NCBI GenBank assembly: GCA_029261515.1
Contig: JAJDBE010000104.1
Location: 1 to 51,457, forward strand
Direction of reading: 5' to 3'
Length of the DNA stretch: 51,457 nt
Source: Nitrospinaceae bacterium
Lineage (GTDB): Bacteria; Nitrospinota; Nitrospinia; Nitrospinales; VA-1
Both the position numbers and the translations under genes were made by a program. Shown in pieces: positions 18,698 through 26,695 of this stretch; positions within the stretch are counted from its first letter, which is position 1; every line of letters begins with the position of its first letter. Under the pieces are notes generated by a model, which had not been told where the DNA came from, did not search any database, and worked only from the letters and a program-made list of their open reading frames with translations.

Positions 18698-19942
18698 ATG
18701 ACGAAAAAAACTTTTCTCATTACCGGCGGTTGCAGAAGCGGCAAAAGCCGGCACGCGCTGAAATTAGGGAATCTATTTCCGGGCCGCAGAGTCTACCTCG
18801 CTTCAGCCGAGCCTCTGGATGAGGAAATGGAAGAGCGTATAAAAAAACACCAGATAGAACGCGGAACCGACTGGATCACGATCGAAGAAGCGCTCGATCC
18901 TTCTTCGGTCTTAAAAAATGAAACCGCCAAGGCATCCGTGCTGATTCTCGATTGCCTCACTCTTTGGATCAGCAACATGATGATGAAAGATCTAAATCGC
19001 GAATCCATCTTGAAAAAAGTGGATGAGTTGATGGATGAATGCAAACGCTTTCAGGGGACAGTCATCCTCATCACCAACGAAGTGGGCGCCGGCATCGTCC
19101 CCGACAATGAACTCAGTCGCAGTTTCCGCGACATTGCCGGAGAGACCAACCAGAAGGTGGCTTTCAAATTTGATGAGGTGGTGCATATGGTTTCCGGCAT
19201 TCCTGTCACCATCAAATCCGAATCGCCTCAGGCTCCGTCCGAAGCAAAAGATTCTCCGCACGAATTTTCCCAGGAGAAAAAACAAGGCCTATACGAAGCG
19301 ATCTACAAGAGGAGGGATGTTCGTCATTTCATTTCCCGCCCGGTTGCCCCGGAAGTTCTGGGACGAGTGCTCGATGCGGCGCACCACGCGGGTTCTGTTG
19401 GATTCATGCAGCCCTGGAACTTTCTGGTCATCGACGATGAAAACGTAAAAAAGAAAGTGGCGCGAAATTTTAAAAAAGCCAGTGACGAAGCCTCGGAAAA
19501 ATTTTCCGGTGAAAAACAGGAGTTATACAAGTCGCTGAAACTGGAAGGCATAACGGAAGCCTCTGTCAATATCTGCATCACCTGCGACAGCAAGCGATTC
19601 GGCCCGAACGTTCTGGGGCGGGACACCATCAAGGAAACGGACCTTTTCAGTACTTGCTGTGCCGTACAAAATTTTTGGCTGGCCGCCCGTGCAGAAGGGC
19701 TGGCGGTGGGATGGGTCAGCATCCTTTCTCAGAAGCAACTCAAAAAGGACCTGGGCATACCGGAACATGTATTTCCGGTCGCTTACCTGTGCCTCGGACA
19801 CACGGAAGAATTTTATGAAAAACCAATGCTGGAATCGGCGGGTTGGGCCAACCGCCTGCCACTCAGGGATTTAATTTTTTACAACAAGTGGGAGGGAGAT
19901 CCGATCGGCCCTTCAATCCCGCTTCCTGGTCCAGTTCTATAA
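18698..19942 (+). CDS. cobU-bluB: Fusion protein: adenosylcobinamide kinase/guanylyltransferase (CobU, aa 1-~173) plus 5,6-dimethylbenzimidazole synthase (BluB, aa ~197-414)
   Basis: The N-terminal part, LITGGCRSGKSRHAL...ITNEVGAGIVP, is the CobU/CobP P-loop. The linker is SESPQAPSEAKDSPHEFSQEKKQ. The C-terminal part is LYEAIYKRRDVRHF...AAHHAGSVGFMQPWNFLVI...AVQNFWLAARAEGLAVGWVS, the BluB branch of the nitroreductase fold. It is one uninterrupted ORF with no in-frame stop or internal ATG at the junction. Confidence 0.9.
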   Translation: MTKKTFLITGGCRSGKSRHALKLGNLFPGRRVYLASAEPLDEEMEERIKKHQIERGTDWITIEEALDPSSVLKNETAKASVLILDCLTLWISNMMMKDLNRESILKKVDELMDECKRFQGTVILITNEVGAGIVPDNELSRSFRDIAGETNQKVAFKFDEVVHMVSGIPVTIKSESPQAPSEAKDSPHEFSQEKKQGLYEAIYKRRDVRHFISRPVAPEVLGRVLDAAHHAGSVGFMQPWNFLVIDDENVKKKVARNFKKASDEASEKFSGEKQELYKSLKLEGITEASVNICITCDSKRFGPNVLGRDTIKETDLFSTCCAVQNFWLAARAEGLAVGWVSILSQKQLKKDLGIPEHVFPVAYLCLGHTEEFYEKPMLESAGWANRLPLRDLIFYNKWEGDPIGPSIPLPGPVL

Positions 19943-21117
19943 TGCAAACTTTAGCCAACAGTAAAGAAAAAATGCCCGCCTTAGCTTCTGAAATGGAGCT
20001 GATGAATGCGGCTCATGGGGGAAATCTTGCGGAAGTGTGCCGAGCCACAGGGCTTAACACACGGAACATTCTCGACTTCAGTGTCAATCTCAATCCACTG
20101 GGTTCTCCATCCTCTATGGAAGATTTATATTCCCAATCGTTTCATCGTTTGCAGGAATATCCCGATCCTGATTGCCGTATTTTCAAGCGTGACTTGGCGA
20201 AAACCCTGGGAGTTGCAGAAGATAATCTTGTCATTACCAATGGTTCCACCGAACTTATTTATCTCCTACCAAAACTTTTAGATCCCGGCAAAGAGGTGTT
20301 GATAGCGACTCCCTGTTTCTCAGAATACGCACACGTATTTGAGCAGGAAAATTTTGTCATTCACATTTTCCCTCTCGACCGGGAAAATGATTTTTCTTTT
20401 AATCTCGATACCTTTCTTACATATATTGAAAATTACCCCAACGTGGGCGCTATTGTGGTTGGTCATCCGAACAACCCCACGGGAGAACTCCTGCCCCGAA
20501 ATTCACTAGAGGAACTTTGTTCTTTTTGTGAACGGGGAAATATTTTGCTCATTGTCGATGAAGCTTTCATCGACTTCGTTGCTCCTGAAAACTCGTTCCT
20601 AAAGTTTCTATCCTCTTGCTCCAATTTAATTTTGATTCGATCGTTCACCAAGTTTTACTCGATTCCCGGCCTGCGCTTGGGTTATGGAATCATGGCGCCG
20701 GAACTGGCAAATAAAATCGAGTCTTACCGTCCAACGTGGTCGGTCAATGTGTTGTCGCAGTTGATCGGCTCGGCAGTTCTTTTCGACAGAGAGTTTCGGC
20801 AAAAAACCAGAAGTTACGTGGAAGAAGAGAAAAATTTTCTGGCGAGCCAACTCAGCAAAATTCCTTTTTTAAAAGTTTTTTCGTCCGACGCTAATTTCAT
20901 TCTCTTCCAGCTACTTCCCGAAAGTAATACAGAGCCGGATATATTTTATTTGGATCTCTTACATAACGGAATTTTGTTAAGAAACTGCGGCAATTTTACC
21001 GGTCTGGATGAGAGTTTTTTCCGCATCGCGGTTCGCGGTAGAGAAGATAACCAGCAATTGATTTCCCACATCCAGAAATTTTTTCAAAAGACAGAGGGCA
21101 AAGGGCTATGGATCTGA
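19942..21117 (+). CDS. cobD: L-threonine-O-3-phosphate decarboxylase
   Basis: Similarity to Salmonella CobD as I recall it runs along the whole length: AHGGN, DFSVNLNPLG, HPNNPTG, DEAFIDF and the PLP-Lys motif SFTKFYSIPGLRLGY. The start is ambiguous: ATG 19942 (TAATG overlap with the previous stop) or downstream Met codons before AHGGN. Confidence 0.9.
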   Translation: MQTLANSKEKMPALASEMELMNAAHGGNLAEVCRATGLNTRNILDFSVNLNPLGSPSSMEDLYSQSFHRLQEYPDPDCRIFKRDLAKTLGVAEDNLVITNGSTELIYLLPKLLDPGKEVLIATPCFSEYAHVFEQENFVIHIFPLDRENDFSFNLDTFLTYIENYPNVGAIVVGHPNNPTGELLPRNSLEELCSFCERGNILLIVDEAFIDFVAPENSFLKFLSSCSNLILIRSFTKFYSIPGLRLGYGIMAPELANKIESYRPTWSVNVLSQLIGSAVLFDREFRQKTRSYVEEEKNFLASQLSKIPFLKVFSSDANFILFQLLPESNTEPDIFYLDLLHNGILLRNCGNFTGLDESFFRIAVRGREDNQQLISHIQKFFQKTEGKGLWI

Positions 21118-22064
21118 TCTGGCAAATCGCCATCGCATTTATTCTCGATCTGATCCTCGGCGATCCCCGAGGATACCCGCACCCGGTGCGGATCATCGGA
21201 TTCCTTGCCAAAAGACTGGAAAGCTTGACCCGGCATTATTTTCCCAATCTTTTTCTCGCAGGGGCCATCACCACAATTTTTATTGTTGGCGGAACTTTTG
21301 TCTGCGGCTTGGCCCTGCTTAGCGGATTGAGCTTGTTACACCCTTTTGCAGAAACCGCAGTTTCTATTTTCCTCATCTACACCTGCCTGTCGGCACGCAG
21401 TTTGTACGATGAGAGCCTTCCCGTTTTACACGCATTGAAGCAGGACCAGATAAACCTCGCACGAAAGCGCTTGTCGCGAATCGTTGGCCGGGACACAAAG
21501 AATTTGAATCCAAAAGAGATCGCCCGCGCCACGGTGGAAACCGTTGCAGAGAGTACCGTGGATGGAATTATCGCCCCACTATTCTATGCATTTATTGGCG
21601 GAGCGCCTCTGGCCCTCGCGTACAAGGCAATCAACACGCTGGATTCCATGTTTGGTTACAAAAACGCTGCTTATAAAAAATTTGGGATGATCCCCGCCCG
21701 TCTCGACGATGCGGCCAACTGGGTTCCCGCCCGGCTGGGAGGCGTTATCATGGCCATTGCCGCAGCGGTCAGCGGTTTCGATGGAAAACGTTCGTGGAGC
21801 ACCCTTCAACGCGATGGCGCCAAGCACCTCAGCCCCAATGCGGGGATTCCTGAATCGGCAGTCGCCGGAGCGCTGGGCATCCAGCTTGGCGGATCAAGCT
21901 TCTATGGTGGCCAGCGGGTGGACAAGCCTTGTATAGGAAGAAATCAAAAAGAAATTGCCGTGACAGATATTTCACATAGTCACAAGATCATGTTCGTCTC
22001 TTCAGCTTTAGCTTTAGTAGCACTCATGGTCTTAAAAAAAATAATGGAGAATTTTATGCTGTAA
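21108..22064 (+). CDS. cbiB: Adenosylcobinamide-phosphate synthase
   Basis: The N-terminal LDLILGDPRGYPHPVRIIG is the CbiB/CobD(Pd) signature. The protein is membrane-embedded. It overlaps cobD by 10 nt. Confidence 0.93.
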   Translation: MDLIWQIAIAFILDLILGDPRGYPHPVRIIGFLAKRLESLTRHYFPNLFLAGAITTIFIVGGTFVCGLALLSGLSLLHPFAETAVSIFLIYTCLSARSLYDESLPVLHALKQDQINLARKRLSRIVGRDTKNLNPKEIARATVETVAESTVDGIIAPLFYAFIGGAPLALAYKAINTLDSMFGYKNAAYKKFGMIPARLDDAANWVPARLGGVIMAIAAAVSGFDGKRSWSTLQRDGAKHLSPNAGIPESAVAGALGIQLGGSSFYGGQRVDKPCIGRNQKEIAVTDISHSHKIMFVSSALALVALMVLKKIMENFML

Positions 22065-22084
22065 ACATTTTCATTAGTGCCAAA

Positions 22085-22230
22085 CGTTCCGGTTCAGGGA
22101 AGTCCGGTGAAAGTCCGGCACTGCCCCGCAACTGTAAATGGGAACGAAAACCGCATCTTTAGCCACCTTTCTTGCCGGAGGGGAAGGCGCGGTGAGTAGG
22201 CCGCCCAAAGTCAGGAGACCTGGCGGAACG
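22085..22230 (+). promoter_or_regulatory. Cobalamin (B12) riboswitch 2
   Basis: The core is GGUUCAGGGAAGUCCGGUGAAAGUCCGGCACUGCCCCGCAACUGUAA. AGCCACC...GGGGAAGGCG and AAGUCAGGAGACCUGGC are also present. P1 pairs cgttcc (22085-22090) with ggaacg (22225-22230). It starts 21 nt after the cbiB stop. No U-tract terminator follows. A small hairpin, ccttc (22241-45)/gaagg (22250-54), overlaps the btuB Shine-Dalgarno sequence. Confidence 0.93.
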
Positions 22231-22262
22231 CATTATAAATCCTTCGCGGGAAGGGGCAAACT

Positions 22263-24113
22263 ATGCTTTGTTTTAGATTGTTTTCGTGCTGTTTTTTGTT
22301 TCTATTATCAATCCTTGTACTGTCACCCATGAATCACGTGGCCGAAGCTACCCAGAAGTTAAATACACTTTCAGTCATATCCACCCGTGCTCAGTTTGGG
22401 GTGAATGAAGCCCCGACTTCCGTGTCGGTCATCACCAAAGAGGAAATTGAGCAAAAGCAGGGGTTTCAGGTGAAAGACCTTTTAAAAGAAGAACTGGGAA
22501 TGGATGTGATTCAAAACGGCCCGCCGGGAACCAATACCAGTGTTTTCATGCGCGGCGCGGGTTCCAGCTCGACACTGGTACTGGTGGACGGGGTGCAAGT
22601 CAACACAAATACCGTTGGGTCTTTCAACTTTGCCGATCTTACCGTCGATAATATCGAGAAGGTCGAAATTCTGAGAGGACCGCAAAGCACTCTCTGGGGA
22701 TCGGATGCAGTCGGAGGGGTGATCAACATCATCACAAAAAAAGGCACCGGAGCGCCAACTCATTCCTTCTCTTTTGAAGGCGGAAGTTTTGGAACCTTCA
22801 AGGAAACAGGAAACAGTTCGGGCGATCTCGGCTTCATGGATTATTCCCTTAGCATTTCCCGGACCGACAGCGAAGGTTTCTCCGCCGCCAATGAGGATCG
22901 CGGGAATAATGAGCAGGATGGCTATGAAAATACGACTCTCTCGACCCGGCTGGGCCGTAATTTCCTTGAAGACGGACGCGTCGAGTTCATTGGACGCTAC
23001 ACCAAATCCCAGGTGGATTTCGATTCCTTCGGCCCCGTCGATGGCAAAGACTTTAGCAAACTGGATGCATTGTATCTGGCGGCGCCTGTGCAAAAATCCT
23101 TTTTCGGCATCTGGGACGTGAAAGTCAATCCCACGTTCGCCTACGACGATCTCGATTCGTCCAATAACTCTTCCACCCAGTCATTTATCATCAACCGCAC
23201 CTACGGCGTGGACGTGCAGAATAATGTCGAAATCACCGACTTTCTCTCCACTACGTTTGGTTTCGAATATGAAATCCGCAATGGCGTGAACGAGAATAGC
23301 AGTCTGAGGCAAAACATTTACAACCAGGGATATTATCTTCAGACGCAGTTGCACCCGGGAGAACGGATCGTGTTGACGGCGGGATTCCGTCACGACGTCA
23401 ACTCGGTGTTTGAAGACCCGACCACTTATAAGTTTGAAGGCGCGTACCGGATACTGGAAACAAACACCCGCATTCGCGGGGCCTACGCCACCGGCTTCCG
23501 CGCCCCAAGTATCAACGAACTGTTCTTCCCCAACTTTGGCACTCCAACCCTGAAGCCGGAAGAGAGCGAAGGCTGGGAAGTGGGGATCGATCAATCCTTA
23601 TTGGAAGGCGTTGTGCAGGTGGGCGTCACTTATTTCCAGATGGACTTCGATAATTTAATCGAAACAGTGGACCTTGGCGGATTCACTTTCCGCGCGCAAA
23701 ACGTGGCCAAAGCCACCACCGAAGGCGTGGAAACTGCCATTGATGTCGCATTACCCAAGAATTTCAAGGTCGCTTTGAACTACACCTGGCTGAAGGCAAG
23801 GGATGATGACGATCAACCCCTACAACGCCGGGCCGAGCATAGTTTTTCCGCCAATTTGAGCCATACCTGGGACAAGAAACTTCATTCTCTGGTCGGCGTT
23901 CGCGTACGAAGCGATACCCGCTCCAACAACACGGGGACACAGACCGCGGATGCGTTCACCGTGGTGCGTGCGGCGCTGAGTTATAAGGTCAATAAAAACC
24001 TCAAGGTTACCGCGCGTGGCGAAAACCTTTTTGATGAACAGTATGAAGAAATCTTCGGATTCGGAACCGCGGGGATTTCCGGGTATGCCGGGTTCACCTG
24101 GACATTCAACTGA
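22263..24113 (+). CDS. btuB: TonB-dependent outer-membrane corrinoid receptor
   Basis: A signal peptide is followed by a TonB-box-like LNTLSVIS. The plug motifs are VSVITKEEIEQ...FMRGAGSSSTLVLVDGVQVN...IEKVEILRGPQSTLWGSDAVGGVINIITK. The C-terminus is barrel-like. The gene sits directly behind a B12 riboswitch. Confidence 0.9.
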   Translation: MLCFRLFSCCFLFLLSILVLSPMNHVAEATQKLNTLSVISTRAQFGVNEAPTSVSVITKEEIEQKQGFQVKDLLKEELGMDVIQNGPPGTNTSVFMRGAGSSSTLVLVDGVQVNTNTVGSFNFADLTVDNIEKVEILRGPQSTLWGSDAVGGVINIITKKGTGAPTHSFSFEGGSFGTFKETGNSSGDLGFMDYSLSISRTDSEGFSAANEDRGNNEQDGYENTTLSTRLGRNFLEDGRVEFIGRYTKSQVDFDSFGPVDGKDFSKLDALYLAAPVQKSFFGIWDVKVNPTFAYDDLDSSNNSSTQSFIINRTYGVDVQNNVEITDFLSTTFGFEYEIRNGVNENSSLRQNIYNQGYYLQTQLHPGERIVLTAGFRHDVNSVFEDPTTYKFEGAYRILETNTRIRGAYATGFRAPSINELFFPNFGTPTLKPEESEGWEVGIDQSLLEGVVQVGVTYFQMDFDNLIETVDLGGFTFRAQNVAKATTEGVETAIDVALPKNFKVALNYTWLKARDDDDQPLQRRAEHSFSANLSHTWDKKLHSLVGVRVRSDTRSNNTGTQTADAFTVVRAALSYKVNKNLKVTARGENLFDEQYEEIFGFGTAGISGYAGFTWTFN

Positions 24114-24155
24114 TTTCCCAAAATGACTCGATTCATCAATTACCCGGAGGAGACT

Positions 24156-24740
24156 ATGACTTCAGACAAATATTTTAAAATTAAACTGCTTGCGGGTCTC
24201 GTCGTTTTAATGGTCCTGACCCGCTACTCAATATTTCGGCCACTCGGGTTGCCAAGTGCGACCCTGGTGGTTTTCTTCATCGCCGGCATTTACCTAAGGC
24301 AATGGATTTTTCCGGCCCTGCTTATCGGCGCCGCCGGCTTCACCGATTACTTGTCTGTTCAAGGTGGCAGCGGCATTTGGTGCATCACTCCTGCCTATAG
24401 TTTTCTGATCCCCACCTACCTCGCTTTATGGTTCGGAGGCCGCAGATTTCAAAGCCTTCAAACAGAGGACTTACGACAGGCAGCTTCTATGGCCTTGGTT
24501 TTATGGATCGCTTCCACTGCCGCGTTTATGATTTCCAACGGCAGTTTTTACGCACTCTCCGGACATGAGGTTTATGAAAATATGAATTTGCTGGATTACA
24601 TCCAAATTCAAATCAATCGCTATCCGGTCTACATTTTAAAACCGTTTCTCTATTTAGGAACTTTGATTGCGATTTTTTATAAGGGAATTTTTCCACAATA
24701 CTTAAAATCGAAAGAATTGTCAGCCAGCATTCCTAAATGA
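24156..24740 (+). CDS. Uncharacterised ~6-TM small membrane protein (candidate corrinoid transporter, BtuM/DUF6580-like)
   Basis: The protein is 194 aa from ATG 24156, which has the strong SD GGAGGAG at 24146-24152; the track start is 24123. Six hydrophobic segments are visible, and there is a single Cys (C76, codon 24381-24383). Its stop overlaps the cbiA start as ATGA. No catalytic motif is recognisable. Confidence 0.6.
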   Translation: MTSDKYFKIKLLAGLVVLMVLTRYSIFRPLGLPSATLVVFFIAGIYLRQWIFPALLIGAAGFTDYLSVQGGSGIWCITPAYSFLIPTYLALWFGGRRFQSLQTEDLRQAASMALVLWIASTAAFMISNGSFYALSGHEVYENMNLLDYIQIQINRYPVYILKPFLYLGTLIAIFYKGIFPQYLKSKELSASIPK

Positions 24741-26140
24741 AAACTGTCATAAAAAAATTGGATCGCTCTCCTCCCGGCTTTGTTATTGCCGGAACCCACA
24801 GCGGAGTCGGAAAAACTTCCATCACCGTGGGATTCATGCGCCTGTTGACCCGGAGGGGGGTGCGCGTCCAACCGTTTAAAGTGGGCCCGGATTACATCGA
24901 TCCGGGCCATCACACCCGCGCCTGTGAACAACCCGCGTACAATCTGGATTCCTTCATGAGTTCACGCAAGTATGTACAACGCCTTTTTCATGATGTCGCG
25001 CAGAAGTCGGATGTTGGCGTTGTGGAAGGGGTGATGGGTCTGTTCGATGGCGCATTTTCCAAAAAGGAGAAAGGCTCCACTGCGGAAATCGCCAAACTCC
25101 TCAACCTTCCGGTCATCCTGATTTTTAACGGCGAGGCCATTGCCCGTTCTGCCGCAGCTCTGGTCAAGGGTTTTCTGGAGTTTGACCCTGACGTGAAGTT
25201 TCTGGGAGTCATAGCCAACCGGGTCACCCATCCCAAACATGCCGAACTTCTAAAACAAGCCATCGAACGCTACACCCGCGCCCGGTTCTTGGGGCACCTG
25301 CCCTCTTCACCAGAATTATCCATTCCCAGCCGCCATCTCGGTTTATTTCAGAGCCATGAGAATCAATCCACGCTGTACGACCAATGGGCGGACCATTTGG
25401 AAAAACACCTCGACATCGATGCTATTTTGAGGAAAGCCAGGGTTCCGCAAAAGATTCCTTCCCGAAAAAAGGCGCCCACCGTTTTTCGCTGGCCTCGAAG
25501 GCCGTCTTCATTTTCCTTTAAAGTGGCAATTGCCAGGGACGACGCTTTTCAATTTTACTATCAGGACACCTTGGATTGCCTGGCGCACAACGGCGGCGAA
25601 ATCCATTACTTTTCTCCCCTCCGGGATAAAAAATTACCCGATGGTACCGATTGGATTTATCTCCCAGGCGGATATCCCGAACTGTTCGCAAAAAAATTAA
25701 GCTCCAACCAAAAAATGTTGCAAGTCATCCGAACCTTTGGAGAAACCGGAAAAGTGATTGTCGGAGAATGCGGCGGCCTGATGTATCTGGGGCAATCCAT
25801 TACAGACGAAAAAAATAAAGTGTTTCCGATGGCGGGGTTATTCGACTTCTCCACTTCGATCCAAAATAAGAAACTGACGCTCGGCTATAGGAAGTTGGCT
25901 TACCGTCCAAACGACGACTCAAAAAAAAATCTAGTTTTAACCGGACATGAATTTCATTCTTCCAGTTTCACGGAGAATGAGGAAGCTCCCCAGATGACTC
26001 AAAAATCGAAAGAAAACAGCCGCTCGGTTAAAGACGGGTACCGGGTCAAAAATTCTTTCGCTTTGTATTCACATATTTATTGGTCGAGTTCTCCAGGGTG
26101 GATGAATTATATTTTGAATACCGTGCAGAGGACCCAATGA
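24737..26140 (+). CDS. cbiA: Cobyrinate a,c-diamide synthase
   Basis: FVIAGTHSGVGKTSITVGFMRLLTRRGVRVQPFKVGPDYIDPGHH and VEGVMGLFDG are the CbiA/CobB N-domain. The C-terminal GATase part carries ECGGLMYLG. Confidence 0.93.
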   Translation: MKTVIKKLDRSPPGFVIAGTHSGVGKTSITVGFMRLLTRRGVRVQPFKVGPDYIDPGHHTRACEQPAYNLDSFMSSRKYVQRLFHDVAQKSDVGVVEGVMGLFDGAFSKKEKGSTAEIAKLLNLPVILIFNGEAIARSAAALVKGFLEFDPDVKFLGVIANRVTHPKHAELLKQAIERYTRARFLGHLPSSPELSIPSRHLGLFQSHENQSTLYDQWADHLEKHLDIDAILRKARVPQKIPSRKKAPTVFRWPRRPSSFSFKVAIARDDAFQFYYQDTLDCLAHNGGEIHYFSPLRDKKLPDGTDWIYLPGGYPELFAKKLSSNQKMLQVIRTFGETGKVIVGECGGLMYLGQSITDEKNKVFPMAGLFDFSTSIQNKKLTLGYRKLAYRPNDDSKKNLVLTGHEFHSSSFTENEEAPQMTQKSKENSRSVKDGYRVKNSFALYSHIYWSSSPGWMNYILNTVQRTQ

Positions 26141-26691
26141 AAAAGCGACCTCCATCCGATCCCAGGAAACGCAAAGGCCTGATCATCGTCAACACCGGCG
26201 AGGGCAAGGGGAAATCCACAGCCGCTTTTGGAGTGGCTTTGAGGGCCGCTGGCAACAAAATGAATGTGTTCATCATGCAATTCATGAAAGGCAACTGGAA
26301 GGCCGGAGAAAGGAAATCTTTTGAGAAGCTCGGGGATTATGTCGAAATCATACCGATGGGAGACGGGTTCACCTGGGACACTCAAAACCCGGAACAGGAC
26401 CAGAAAACGGCAAGAAAAGCCTGGGACATCGCCGTTGAAAAATTAAACAGCGGCAACTACGACCTGGTGGTTCTCGATGAAATCAATTACGTTCTTGATT
26501 ACGGTTTTTTTCCGCTTGATGAGTTTCTACAAGCGATCCAAAATAAACCGCCTCATGTGCATGTGATCTGCACAGGGCGAAACGCGCCTGAAGGACTCAT
26601 CGAACTTGCGGATCTGGTCACTGAAATGCGCAGCGTCAAACATCCATTCAAGGACCAGCAAATTCCAGCGCAAAAAGGCATTGAATTCTAA
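26137..26691 (+). CDS. cobO: Cob(I)yrinic acid a,c-diamide adenosyltransferase
   Basis: KGLIIVNTGEGKGKSTAAFG...QFMKG...LDE are CobO/BtuR motifs. ATG 26137 overlaps the cbiA stop as ATGA, so I prefer it over the track start 26080. Confidence 0.93.
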   Translation: MKKRPPSDPRKRKGLIIVNTGEGKGKSTAAFGVALRAAGNKMNVFIMQFMKGNWKAGERKSFEKLGDYVEIIPMGDGFTWDTQNPEQDQKTARKAWDIAVEKLNSGNYDLVVLDEINYVLDYGFFPLDEFLQAIQNKPPHVHVICTGRNAPEGLIELADLVTEMRSVKHPFKDQQIPAQKGIEF

Positions 26692-26695
26692 AGTA

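Noticed and set aside
22138-22332. Track ORF (64 aa, plus strand) spanning riboswitch 2 into btuB.
   Set aside because: It overlaps the conserved riboswitch core and is out of frame with btuB. It has no SD.
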